This document shows positions 43,501 to 57,029 of a stretch of 64,000 bases of DNA, piece by piece. The stretch is taken from assembly GCA_047495785.1 (NCBI GenBank), contig JBLDXI010000024.1, positions 310,001-374,000 on the forward strand, written 5' to 3'. The position numbers were made by a program, and so were the translations under genes. The stretch is from Lepidodermella squamata (taxonomy: Eukaryota > Animalia > Gastrotricha). Position 1 is the first letter of the stretch. Each line of letters opens with the position of its first letter. The notes beneath the pieces are model-generated. The model was given only the letters and a program-made list of their open reading frames with translations, was not told the DNA's origin and searched no databases.

Positions 43501-46500
43501 CATGTAGCATTTTAATAAAGCACCGGGCCTCGATGAGTGTTCGAACCAAGAATACGTGTGTGAATAATCACCACTTTTCTGTGCAAACTTGCGTTTCAAC
43601 ATCGTTGTATATAAGTGGTACGTGTATCGCAACAACAAAAAATTAACCCCCTTTTTATCGGATTTACTACTATTTTGTAACATCTGTTTCAAGGTGCGCG
43701 TTTTTTAGGCTGCGCGGCAAAGTCTGCTGGCTTATATCCCAAACGCGTTTAGCTTGTTTTCATCGCCTTTTGTTGCCTATTTGGCGCCACTAATAATCAT
43801 CGTGTCTCGGCGAGATATATTAAGGCTTTTAATAATAGGCGGGGTAGCTACATATTTTATTATGAAGCGCTCTCTCAGGCTGCTGCTTTCAGTGGTGGGG
43901 TACCCATTTCAACAGCATGTATGCACCGGCTTCGAACTATTACACTTCAGCGTTGGCATCATTATTTTATTATTAAAACATGTGTTCTTCGCTGATCCCG
44001 TCTTAATTTATTGGCGCTCCTCGTCGGGTGTCTTATCGCTCGATGCCTCTTCTCTATTGCTGAGTGATTATCATGCTGTTGATGATATATACAAAGCGCC
44101 CACGCGCCCATGCCGATATATTATTTTTTCACCAGATCACGATCGCTATCACAAGCCACCGCAAAGCGTATACTAACGTAGCCTCGTTATACATCATAAT
44201 CGCAAATATCAAGTAGAAGTCATCATTATTTTCTAATATTTAAATCGGAATAATAATTAATCCACAAGGCCTGTTAAAAATAGTGCAAAACAAACAGCTG
44301 CTTTATAAATCTCTCTATAGTCAATTTCAACCTCACTACCTACAATAATACTGCTTTTTTGCTGTCGATATTTGTTTTCCTTCGATCTGTGCGCGGTTTA
44401 TTAATCCGCCGGTGTCTATCATATCAGGTGTAAAAAGCTGCTGCAGATCAGATTCGTCGTTTTCGTTATAGCAAAACTTGAAGCAATTTAAGCGCATGAT
44501 TATTTTCTGTAAATACACGAGTTTCAGTGTCGCGAGACGGGCGCGCATTTCTCAAGATTGTTGTTCGGGTGTTAATAAATAACTAATACACAAGCGTTCG
44601 ATTTGTGGCGACGGGTTTTATTCACTTGTGTAAACGCTATCGTCGTCTTCATTACGATCTGCTCTCTCGGCGGCAACCGCACAGTCGCGCGCCACAAGAA
44701 GTGACTTCTGTATATATATATTCGCAATATTCTCCATTCTTTATTATTCAGAAAATTTACAACTTTTAACACGCGCGCGCCTGTCGCCAGCAGTCGATAC
44801 CCGATATGTATATTGCTATTATTGCCACTGCTACTACTACTGTTATTTGTCGTGAGCGGTTGGTGGCAGGCGAAGAAAAACGCGCCTCATTATGACACGA
44901 AGCTGCCGCTGCCGTCGGCTATTTAAGCCCGCGCCCGCTTTGGCGCCTCTTTTTCGCGCATCGACACGCAAAATAAACTGCGCGCTTACAGGGTCCTAAT
45001 TTTACGCCAGCTTATCGTTATTCTACATGTTTTAAGAAACGCGCTACTGGTGTTGCTGCTGCTACTGCATTATTTTGCAGTGCCAATGATGTTTGATGAT
45101 TGATGATGTTCTTTCTAATACAAATAGAGCAGCAATAGGCATATAGTCTTGAATTTTCAATCGGCACGCATTTTTGCCCGTCGGCTATATGCGACATATT
45201 AACGAAGTGTCATCGCAGCGGCGTGAGGCGAGCATTTCCCCAAAATGAAGCAGCCGCCCAGCCCATAATAACAATAACAACAATAACCAGCAATCATCAG
45301 CCAGATAGATATACACCGGCGATTACTCGATGATTTTTATTGTTCGTATTACTTATTCATGCCGTTGTTTACACTTGATTTTGTTTGATATAGATTTTTA
45401 AAAACCGGGCGTGGATTCCAGCGATGATGACAATGCCGTTTGCCGAGCGTGCTGCTGCCCCGCTGTCATCAGGTGATGATGCAACTGCGGACTGACTGGC
45501 ATCGATCGTGCACCCGCCACGCCTCGCCGTCATCTGCCCCGGATCGTGCGCGCTCGGTCAATACCGACGTCGGGTCGGTTCGCCTTCTTGACATCGCTGC
45601 TGCTGCTGCTGCTGCTTTCAGCAACGACAATAAAACGGTGCAATATATAACCGATTCGGTTCTGTCAACAGTGAAATAGCGCGCCGCCAACTTCCGGCGC
45701 AACTACTGCGTGTGCGCGTCTCTCGCGCGCGCAAGGTGTGCAGCAGGTACCCGCCCACCCCCACCACCGTGCACCATCTGGCGGCAGTTTGCCTAGCCCG
45801 AAATGGCGACGACGACAACGATGAACCCGAAGTAAAACCCGATGCGTGTGTGCCGTGTCTCTCCTAGTCTCCCGCTCTATGTACCAGTCTTATGCAAACG
45901 AGAAATGCATCGGTAAACACTTGTTCGGCGGCCATCCATGCCCATCTCATCGAGCTCTTGTCGTTGCCAAGTCCTGCTGTACGCCTGCTACTTGTCGCGC
46001 TGTTATTTATACTTTACAGCAGAAGCAGCCTGGCCTTAATACTGCTGTACACTACCATGTCAGCTGTTGCGCCTTTTGTACGATTTTATTTGCTGTTAGA
46101 TAAGCCATCGACTCGGTGTTTACGGCCCACCCCGGGCTCGTCGACGATTACCGCCGTTGCTATTATTACTGCCCCACCCCATCGCCATCATCATCATCAT
46201 CGTCATCGGTTGTGTTATTTACGGCTGGTGACACCGTTGCCAGCCGCGCTTCGTCGCCGGTCGTTTGCGCACGTAGTAAAAAGCGCGTGCGCATCCACAA
46301 CATAGCAGCAGGCGCGTCGCCAAAATTGCCGCCAGATTCCTATACTACGCGACTCGAGTGCGCCGCTCCACGTCTAATGCCTCGAACAATAACAAGTGCC
46401 ATTGCACTGATATTATATACCTGATGCGCGCAAATAAGAGAGATATTATTTATTATGGCTTCTAGAGATACCTTCTAGACACCGTGTCCTGGGCCGCGAC

Positions 46501-48654
46501 AATTTATGGCCCCGGAAAGGCCGTGGCCGAACGCCACTCTGCTTCGTCGCGTTTCTATAACGCCTGGGTTTTTTAGCCCCGTCTCCGTCACCGGTAGCGT
46601 ATCGCCAAACAATAGGAATTTCTACTTTGTTTTATCAGCCGTCCGTTAACATCCGTCGCGCCTTCTTGAAAAGCGAGTGAGCGCGTTTTTTGCACTTTAG
46701 CCACACGTATAATCGCTGGAATTTATCGCCGCCACCGCCGACGACGCCCCGCCTCCGAAAATGGTAACTATGGCTTTGACACGCCGCACGAGTGTCTCGC
46801 GCGACGTGCCGCAAAGCGCGTAAATATACCTCATTGACAACAGCTTTTTTACATTATAGCATGATGTTGATTTTTTGTCGATCTCTATATCGTGTAAACA
46901 ATCGACTTGCTTTTGTGCTAAAATGCTTAATTTGACAAAATATCTTCATAAGTATTCTGTTTTTGTGCGCCTCATTTATCTCTGTACGCCCCAGTAATAC
47001 GAGGCTACATGATATACCTCTTCGATTTTTTACCATTTTTTTATGGCGAAAAATTCCGGAAGCGCCATTGATCGCATGGTATCGCTTTCGCTCGTTATAA
47101 ATTCAACGGTATATTATGACAATACCCTACTATTTATTATTCCAAATCCCATTCGATATCGCTTCTTTCGAATGCATTTTTAATTCAATTTGCCGCTTTG
47201 ACCACTTTTGCTGTCTAGGTGTAATCAATTTAATGCCTCCTCAATACCCACTCAATAATGTGCACTAAATTCTACAAGAGGAATAGTAGGTAAGTTCAGG
47301 ACAGCCCGGCAGACTGCAACTGGTAGGATGGATGCCAGGTCTTTTGACCAAGTCACGACCCTTGCCGGCCGGTTCTATTGGCGAGTGTGCATAATTTCAT
47401 TAGGAAATAAACCGTGAACAAGCGTCTAAATTTAGTGCCGCGATATAACGGAGTCCTTAAAGTAGGCGCCCGGGTTGTAGTAATAATTGGTAGTCTGAGT
47501 GCTAAAACAAAAAAAAGCGCAACCAGGGTGGGTAATATAATACCGATGTATACAAGTTTATATACGACTTGTATCGTTTATCCATGTCGAGCACTGTCAA
47601 CAAGGCGCGTATTTATTGTTCTGAAAAATAATTTTCTGCTCATCTCGCCGTGCACAACAAATTGCGGCTCTTTTGTTCGAGCGCGCATTTATTAATGATT
47701 TAAATAGATATGACTACTCCCGTTTATGATTACGCATATGCATCTTCACAGTATATAAAACGTACGAGTTTTAAGATGAAAGATGTAATCCATTCGGCTC
47801 ATCATCCTCTCTATTAAGGTTGTTGTACTAGGCAATTTCTTTCGATGGTTCTAAAAAAATGTGTGCGTATATGATAGCAATAGTAGTTGCATCGCTCTTG
47901 GCGTGCCCAACGCAGGATTACGCATGTCGCAATTATTGCGTGTAAGTATTTCAGCGACCTGCCTTATACACGAGCCGCCAACAAACAACATGATTATTAA
48001 CATAGATACATTTCAAAAACTTGTATTTAACGAGCCAATGATGCAGTTTTACGATAGCTTCGCGAGGTGACATGCTCTTAATAATTCTTAAAAAAAAAAC
48101 TGGCGATAAATTACTGTAAATTATATTTTATTTCGCTACTACTTGACGTCGGTACGCACACCTTTTCGCCCTTGTGGCACAAATCGCTAACCGCATTTCA
48201 CACGGGCCTGTCATCACGAGAAGAGTATAGTTGTAATTGCGCTAGTTATGTTTTTTACATGGATCAACTTGGCAATAGGTGCGCGCTTGTATGTTACCAC
48301 CGCTATCTTGTTGTCGGCGGTTGCGGAACAAAGCAAATTACACCGTGTTATTTGATATCCTTACTGGTAATAACACGCAGCTTTTCACGTGTTTTTGACA
48401 AATGTTAATATGATCTCCTCATCGTCTTCTTCAATTTATTTATAGACAATTATCTTAATTTTTTAATTATTATTGGCGAATTATCGACGGATTATCGAAC
48501 GAACCAGCGGCTTGATATGATTATTTCGCCTTCAAATTTGTGCGAATCTTGCCGGCGGAAAGATACTCAGTCGGAAGATTGCTCTGAAAATCGACTCATC
48601 GCCTCTGCTGAACCTTCGTCTAAATCTTCGTCATCATCACCAGCATCGCCTTCG

Positions 48655-51600
48655 ATGAAGCCTAAATCAGTACGGTGGCCTCTGACGTCCGCCGCTGTCG
48701 TCGCGCTTCTCCTCTTCGCTCTTGCCGATGCCCAATCGATGCCGCCCGGCCCCGTTCTCGTCTACCCCTCGCCTTTCGTCCTCGACTCATCTCGCGGGCC
48801 GCTATCGGTGGAGTGCAAAATCGACTACGCGGAGGCCGAGTCAGAGTTCAACGTCGACATGTCGATAGACAAAGTTATCTGGGACGCGAATAACAAGGTG
48901 ACATTGAACAAACCGATTTGCAACGGCGACACCTCCGCAGTAGCCGGCATCAAGTGCGAGCAAACGCTGCTCGGCGACGATGAGTTGGTGGTGAAAAGCC
49001 TGAAAGTTACCTTCCCGGAATCTACATCCCTCTACACTTATTTCGCCGGCAATTACGTGTGCAAACGCCGCGCTCGGCGGAAGGGCGTCAAGGCCGATAT
49101 TCAACAGGTCAAATTCCAAGTACTCGATTGCTGTAAGTTGACCTTTTTTTATTTTCAAGTCGCACGCGAAAATTACTCCGAATTGAGGCTAATAAAAATT
49201 CTGATTAGTCATGGGAATTCCCATTAAAATTTATGCTAATTTTCATTGATCCTGAGGCATGCGCCGCTTGATTATTTCATCTTAAAGTGATTCATAAAAA
49301 CGATATTTTTTTGCAGTGACCAATAGCGTTACCGACCTGTCGATTGATGGTCAACGCAGCGAGCAGCAGGTTGATGCGATCGTGTTGCATTTGACGAAGG
49401 ATTCGCCTTCGAAAGAGATATCTGTCGCTTGCACTGGGCGTTCGCTTAACCCGGGCGAGACCACCAATGCCGTGCTAACGTACCAGGCAGCAACTGATGC
49501 CGAGCGGCGCCAACCGCAGGGCCAGAGTGTTGTCGAGGCACTCAGCATCGTGCCAACGGACAGCAATTACGCTATTCTGGCTGAGGAGCGTAATGTGACG
49601 ATTTCAACGAATTTGCGGTTCGGTGTAGCTGATGTTGGCACGTGGGTTGTCAACTGCGCCATGGAGCAGACGCCCATGTGCGAGAGCGTTAAGACCGATA
49701 AGCAGATGCGAATTGATGTCGCGATTCCGAAGCCGATCGTCGACTGCCCGAAGAAAGTTACGCCCGAAGCTATTCCGGCCGGCGAGCGGAAGGCGGCCGC
49801 GCCCGGTGCGCCCGCCCCACTCCGCGCGACGATCCAGTGCACGGTTACGGATGGTAAAATCTACGATGGCGACTCTGCCAAGCCTCGCATTGAATGGACG
49901 TGGGACGACAGGGATCCGAACATTGTCAGCCCGAACGACTTGTCGGCGCCTGTCAGCGACCCGGCCATCTCGACTTCGGTCGAAACGCAATCAGGCCCGG
50001 CTCGCGGCTTTTTGGCCACCTTAAAAATCGACTCAGTCAGCGATAAGCATTATCGGCAGTACAAGCTCAAGGTGTATACTCCGCAGGTCGATGGCACCGA
50101 CTCTGAACTACTAGGCGAAGATTCGTCGGATCTAACAGCAGGTACGTGTCATGTGACTAATCAAAAAAACCTCCTTGCTACTCTGGATAATTTTAAGTTG
50201 GAAATTTTGAGCCAAATAACTAACTTTGCTTTGCTACGGATTTAATTTTAATTTTTTTGTACTTTGGAAAGCTGCTAAATTTCCAAGGCAAAGCATTGTG
50301 GCAATAATTCATTTTCCTGAAAAATTCTATAACATAGTAGCCGATATAGTCAACTCTCGATTATGTTTTGGCTTTCCTTGTTTAATTTTATGATGATAAT
50401 TATTATTTTGACACCTTCACATTCACCTGTGCAGGAAGTTCAGGTAAGACGAGAATCACCCAAATTGTTCAACTCTAATTTATTAAAAATGTGCCTAATT
50501 TAAGTTGCTGGATTCTTTTTATGTTAATTTTTTATCTATTATTTCAAACACCGTTTCTTGAAATGACTTTTCCTAATAATAATAATTACCAAATCGATGG
50601 TGATCACTGCGCTGTTTTTTTACCGGCGGATGAAATCGTAGTAGAACTTTGTCAGATTACACATATATTATGCCAAATGTCTCTGCACAAAGTTTCTCTG
50701 TCGTTTTTCCGCTAATTAAACGCAGCTTGTTCTATTTTTCGCGCAAATGGCGCAAAACTGAAATTAACAAATCACTTGGTAGAAAATGCAACATGATAGA
50801 TTGTACATAGCTATTCTCTGCTGAAATATCGCTGCTCCGCTATGAAATAACTTGACGTGGAGTGGTTTTGGACCTATCTGCAATAAGAAAACAGGCTTGC
50901 TTTGTTCTATTTTTTTCGAGCAAATTATATGAGTTTCTTTGCTGCATATTGATTGGTTATAAGCTTATTTCAAGCATGGCAGGGGTATGGTTTTGATCAG
51001 ATCATAACGGTTGTGTATATAGGGGAAATGCAGAGAAATTTAGTTTCATATAGCTGATTGATTTTTTTCCTATATTATCACTTGATTTTAACTGCCTTGT
51101 ATTTGTTGTCTTTCTTCTCTACACTTGCGGCTGCTGCTCTCACTGCTGCTGACTTCGTGCATCTCTGGTTTGGGAAATTTGACCGCGCATTCTGAAAAAA
51201 GGAAGAGCTAATGAAGAAGATTACTTAGATGGTATGAAATAATTTCGGCGCCACCCATATTTTAAAATTGTTTACTGCACGAAGTTTATGAGTTATATTT
51301 TTTGGTTAATGGGACGTTTTTTATTGAGTTGGTGTATCTAAAAAAATCCATTCCTAAGCTGCTTTGAAACGCGTTTTAGATCACTCGAAATTTAGACATC
51401 TTCATCTTTCCTTAAATATTTGGCCCTGGATGAACCAGTATTAGTAAACCTGAAAAGTCTGTCTATAATTATTGAGGACAAAATTGTAGTTTGACCTAGT
51501 TGGTATTATCAAAATCATTTGTAATTGTTTCCTGCCAGATATTAAATTCCTTTATTATAATTTTTCATGAATTTTTGTTCTTGCTGATATTTATGTGTAC

Positions 51601-52359
51601 ATGACAGAACCCCTGACAACCCCTGCTAGTTCTGATAGCTCTGGCTACCTTTTGAATTCTGAATCAAACCAGTCGGTGCCTTTGCCGACAGACATGAATG
51701 GTAAAATAATTATTCTTTTGAAGAATAAACGCCTGGTGTGCGAGTTTTATCCAACAAAAAATTCATCTCCCCTGGCTGATATTGCTTAGCGTCACGATTT
51801 GCTTAGACATATAATAGGAAAATCCAGCTTCCAATGCGAAACTTTGAAAGATTTAATCTAACATTGAATGTGTTTTCAAACTGCTTTTTGTGTCAAATCG
51901 CTTTAAAGAATCACTACGTTGTTGTTGGCTGCTGGTGTATATAAATTCAAATCTAAGCTGGCTGAGCATTCAATTCAATGTTATAATTATATCAATAGTT
52001 GTCGCTGCACTTACCTTCATTACCTTCAATCACCTCGCTTTTGTGATTAAATATTCAGCAATATTTTTTTGCTGCGATTATTTTTTCAACAAAAAATATG
52101 CATTTTGTCAGTATTATATTATTCAATTTTTCATACACTTTAATCACATTTTTATAATTCTACAAATGTTATCATTTTATTGCTTACACAGACGATTCGA
52201 CACTTGTTTCTATTGCCAGCAGTATAGGTTAAAATTTGCGTTTCAATTTCAGGCAACTTCGTGCAGTCACCAGCGTCGGCCGCCGTTCGAATCGGCGCTT
52301 GCCTGCTGTTGGTACTCGGCGCTATTTCGTTACAACAACTGGCTCCGTCTTCGGCGTAA
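48655..52359 (+). CDS. GPI-anchored immunoglobulin-superfamily cell-surface protein with 3 Ig-like domains (IgLON/Lachesin/DIP-like architecture)
   Basis: Signal peptide (MKPKSVRWPLTSAAVVALLLFALADA). Core exons 48655-49132, 49317-50141 and 52253-52359; candidate cassettes 50435-50443, 51202-51231 and 51608-51700. Ig motifs SVEC...AGNYVC, SVAC...DVGTWVVNC and TIQC...IEWTW...TLKIDSV. Terminal GNFVQSPASAAVRIGACLLLVLGAISLQQLAPSSA*. Confidence 0.8.
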
Positions 52360-53968
52360 CGGATAACAACGAACGATACGACAACAACAACAACTCAAAG
52401 TGTGATCCGTTTATCTATCTCTCGTCTTATTGACCCTCTTCTCTATGACGAAAATAATTTTAAAGACAAAGCTGGGAAATTTTTCGCATCTTATTTTGTC
52501 GGCAAGCCGTGGCTATTCTTGATCCACTGTGATCTGAGCTCATATTTCGCATTTTATGCATAGCGACACGAAACTGTATGCTGTTATACTAGATGAAAAA
52601 AATACCTATAATAATCAAACTTCCAAGCACCTCGTCTCATGCATGCTCCACACGTGAATTTATCGTAAAAATTGAAAGAGAAAGCCACCAATGTCAGTCA
52701 GATAGGATGCCGAAAGATTTCCTTAGCTGCGCCGTTGCGAGATCAGCTTCGCCATGAGACCGACACAGAGCCGTCGTGAAACGCCCGGTTATAGTCTTTT
52801 ATCGTTGTTATAACTAATTCTTTATACTATGATTAATAATAATTTGTTAATTTTGTTATCGTTTCTCAAATTTTGTCGCGCGCTCCCTTCTTCATCGATC
52901 ATTCATTGTCCCTTATTTCCGTCCAGTCCGTTGAACCGACAGAAACGCAGCATTTCAAATTCCTACTACGATTGCTTTAAACTGTTGTTTTCTTGTCTCA
53001 TTAGCTAGTTTAAGTTTTGTCTCCTCTTTCTCTCATGTCGTTTTTATACTTTGAAATATCTTGCGATGCCTTAATATCGAAAACGTGTCTTTACGTGTCT
53101 CGTTTCTAGCCGCTAAAACAATGAAAAACATGATCTCTCCTGAACATGAAGACATCGACTCGAGTCGCCTTAATAGAGGAGGAAAAATCGGAAGTTGATG
53201 AGTATTATTTTCTTAATCAGCGATCTTCCCTTATTTGCTATTTGTTTAAAGTTCGAAATACCATGAATTACCTTGAACTGAACACTGCTTTTTACGTGTT
53301 TCTGACCTTAAATTTAGATCCTCGCATTCCTGCCAACTGGATGTTAATTAATTTCGAAAATAAAACAACGATTTCACTCTTAAATGCCTATCAACAACGA
53401 AAAATGCCTCGTCGCTTTTTGCAGCTATAATGAAAACCGGAATTTATATATACCTTGAAACCGTAATCTTATTTCGAAACGAATTTTTCTGTGCATTTCT
53501 TACCAAAAAACCTTTCGATTGAAATAAGAATTATAAATCAGATTTATTGGTCGCCCCAGAGAGCGAATTTTTAACTTTGTGCATATAGTAATTTTATTTC
53601 ACTATTCGTCGTCGTTCTCTGTACAAAAAGCAGTTCATGTCGTTTTCATCATCATCTCCTATGCGTAAAAACGAAAGAAGCATTCATCAGCATATGTAAA
53701 ATAAAAGATCGCGAAAATGTAAAATGTTGAACATCATAGTATTATGAAATTTAATTGTTTATACTTTATTGAACTTATTAAATATCATCGATCATCTATT
53801 ATATACAAAACATTATATTGTTATTGAATTATTAATTTGGACATCGTTTGAGAAATGTGTGTGTGCGCTTGTCGCGTCGCTAAAACAGAAACGCTAAAAC
53901 GCGACTTCTCGATTAAAAAAATAAACGATTTTTGACTCAGGACAGTCGTTATTTTTGTTTTACTCCGC

Positions 53969-55986
53969 TCAGCACCGGACTTGGTTTCCATATATGTCGT
54001 AGAACCTCGCGTTACAACCGCCGCAGTAATCACTGACGCACCTTGCCGTCGGGTAAGCTGCGCATCTCGTAACACTGCAGGGTTCCGCGAAGCAGTTGAA
54101 GGTAGTAACACCTGGAGGGCAGCCGCCCATACTCGGTGCTAACGATCGAACTGAATTTTCTGTACAGCTGACCTCGACGCCATTGACGTAGTACCTAGCT
54201 CTACAACCGCCACAGAAGTCACGTGAACATTTCGCACTAGGCCAAAGTGGGCATCTATTACAGAGATAAGTTGGAGGTGATTCAAGAAATGAGTCAAATT
54301 TCTTACGAATTTGTTAAGCAAGGATCAACATTGCAGTTCCATAGTTTCACCCCTGGTTGGCAAATGCTTCCAACCGATGGGGTCGTAACTGCTCTATCGT
54401 TGCAGTCAACTTGACGGCCGTTGACGTAGAATTTAGCGTAACATCCGCCGCAATAATTGCTTTCACAAGTTGCTGTTGGGTAGGCCGGGCATTTGTTAAC
54501 TACGCACGGGTTGGCGTAGCACCGGACAGTTGGAACGCCAGGCGCGCAGCCCGTGCTCGGATCGGTTTGTTCGACGAGCGTTTGCGGTATCGTAACTGGC
54601 GCCGTGCAGTTTACTCGACGGCCGTTGACGAAAAAATTGGCAATGCAACCGCCGCAATAGCTTGCCTCGCACGTTGCGGTTGGGTAGGCCGGGCATTTGT
54701 TAACTACGCACGGGTTGGCGTAGCATCGCACTGTTGGCACGCCAGGTGGGCAGCCAGTATTGGAATCGAGCGTTTGCGGCATCGTAGCTGGTGCGGTACA
54801 GTCAACTTTACGGCCGTTGACGAAAAAATTTGCTATACAACCGCCGCAATAGCTTGCCTCGCATGTTGCGGTTGGGTAGGCGGCGCATTTGTTAACCTGG
54901 CAAGGGTCGGCGTAGCAACGGGCGACCCCAACACCGGGTGGGCAGGGTGAGTCGTTCGTTAGCGGTGGGGGTGCGACTGTAACAGCTTCTTCTACGACGC
55001 CCAAGCAAACTTGCTTACACTCAGCTTCGGTCGCGAACATGTTGACAATCGGCATTTGATCACTGAAATTACGACGAAGTTTGCATGTGCTACAACGCGG
55101 CTGAAATTTCACTTGAACCGACCTGCAACCGGTGTAACTGAATGGAACGCAGCGTCCGAAGCTGAACTGGAACCTGACAGATGAGAACTAAAGTATCGAA
55201 TTAGCCAATAGAAAAATTGGAGGAAGTATATAGGACCTACCCAAGAACATTGGCGGTTGCCATAAACCGAGACGTATGAATTGCCACTACATCCTATTAA
55301 AACAGTGGTTTATAGGATAATTTATCAACTGTATCACTTACTATTAGACGAGACATTTGGCCTAGTTGGCCGATCGATGGGTGGATTGGGTTTTTGACCA
55401 CCTGAAATACCTTGGTTCTCACAAGTTTGTTGGCACTCAGATTGAGTCTTGAATCGATTCGAGTTGCTAAAATGAGAGAAGCTGTTTCTGTGGGATTTCT
55501 AACATGTTATGATATTTACCCCTGGCAACCGCTGTAGGTGAAAGGAACACATTTTCTCAAGCCGGTATCGTAGCCGTAAACTGAATTTAGGGCAGCTCGG
55601 CAAATTCCGGGAACTATTGGCTGATTGCATCTAGTTTGCGGATTCTCGAGGTCGAAATTGTCGGACGGTCTGACTGGGCTAACACTTTCAAGTGTAGCCA
55701 TGCACGCTGATTGGCATTCGCTTTCCGAATCAAAAGAGTTATCAGTTGGCGTCATGCAGCCGTAAATCTGAGTGGACCGAGAGCCAATTGTTACCGCCTG
55801 ATACGCCTGGCAACCTGAGGTAGCGTTGTAGAAATACTTGGTTTGGAAACCTTGGCGGCCGGTAACGTAATAGGGGCAACCGATGAATTGAGGATACCGG
55901 CCCATGCATGCCGATCGAAGTGGGACAGCTTCTATTGCTGAGATAGCAATGATGGAGAAAATTATCAACTTGAAGCTGGTATTCAT
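53969..55986 (-). CDS. Secreted protease-inhibitor-like protein: 3 Kunitz/BPTI-like domains + 5 eight-cysteine repeats
   Basis: Signal peptide MNTSFKLIIFSIIAISAIEA. Canonical Kunitz CNQPIVPGICRAAL...CVPFTYSGCQGNSNRFKTQSECQQTC (P1 Arg), flanked by two divergent Kunitz domains. Repeat consensus CPPGVxxVRCYANPCxVNKCxAYPTATCExxYCGGCxAxFxVNGRxVxC. Splicing within the third Kunitz domain is not fully resolved. Confidence 0.88.
54400..54950 (-). repeat. Three highly similar coding tandem repeats of about 190-200 bp
   Basis: Long shared blocks such as gttgggtaggccgggcatttgttaactacgcacgggttggcgtagca recur at about 54475 and 54680, with a variant at about 54870. Confidence 0.85.
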
Positions 55987-57029
55987 TTTTATTCTGCGCT
56001 TTTATGAATAAAAATACTGGAAAAGATAATTGCATAACTTTTTCTCACACCTTTATAGCTTTCAGGCCATCATGATTGTCATATAGCGAACCGCCCGTGT
56101 GTTTACCCATCTGTTGAATATAATACACACCTGAATTCGTTGCATTTTTACGTTGCATTATTATTTACACGACAGCTTGAGTACACGAAACCCGGAGCCA
56201 CTCAGAGACGCCTACCAGCTAATATGTATCGTCGTCATGGATTCACTTGGTAAAAGAAAAAATTGCCGTGTTCAACGGTGGCTACAAAACCATGCCGATC
56301 TCTATTTTGCTCCACAGCGTTTATACATGTTGAGCACGTAAAGGCGATAAACCTGCGTCATATGAATGAATCCAATCTTGTCCGGATAAACTATAAACAC
56401 GAGGAAAAAATTATTCCTTCGAAGAACAGGTCGAAAACACTGCTAGACACAGACATTATTTTGCCCCGGGTTTAAAGACAAAAATGCCGGTTTCAAGCAC
56501 GTTTTCAGCGAGTAGCCGGGAACCGCCAGCCTAATATCCGGTATTACTAGAATATGATCAATTTTGTTGATTAGAAGGGAGCCGTCGATGGACCTCTATA
56601 AAGAGCTGTTGGAGACTTTACATTGCCCTAATTTCCGAGACAAATAAAATGTGGAATAAACTATTTTTTTTTAATTCAGAGGTCAATTTAGCTTTTTCTG
56701 TGAAAACGAAAGTACACTCCTGAATTTTTGTTACATATATGTACGTCGCCCTGATACACGAATAAACAACGCTGAAGCTCGGCCTAATTGAAGCGTAACG
56801 CAAGGGCAAAATGATTAGCTTAAAAACCGGCGGCGTCACTTCCGCGCCGCATATATGCACCCTCGCTACCGACCCATTGGATTCTGTATTATATTTCGAT
56901 GCTAATGACCAGTCGGTGTTTCAATAGCTAAAAAGTACCCGAAGTCTTGCTGACATTATTTGTCGACTATTGTTTCAATAGGGCACGTTAAAATATATCA
57001 AATATTTCGATTTTAAATCGAATAAAAAA

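Noticed and set aside
38257-48408. ORFs in the non-coding block, e.g. 43099-43692 and 43754-44176
   Set aside because: No domain motifs or consistent splice structure; composition matches the surrounding non-coding DNA.
50345-50364. Pogo/Tigger-like terminus TATAGTCAACTCTCGATTAT
   Set aside because: No partner inverted repeat found; too short to call.
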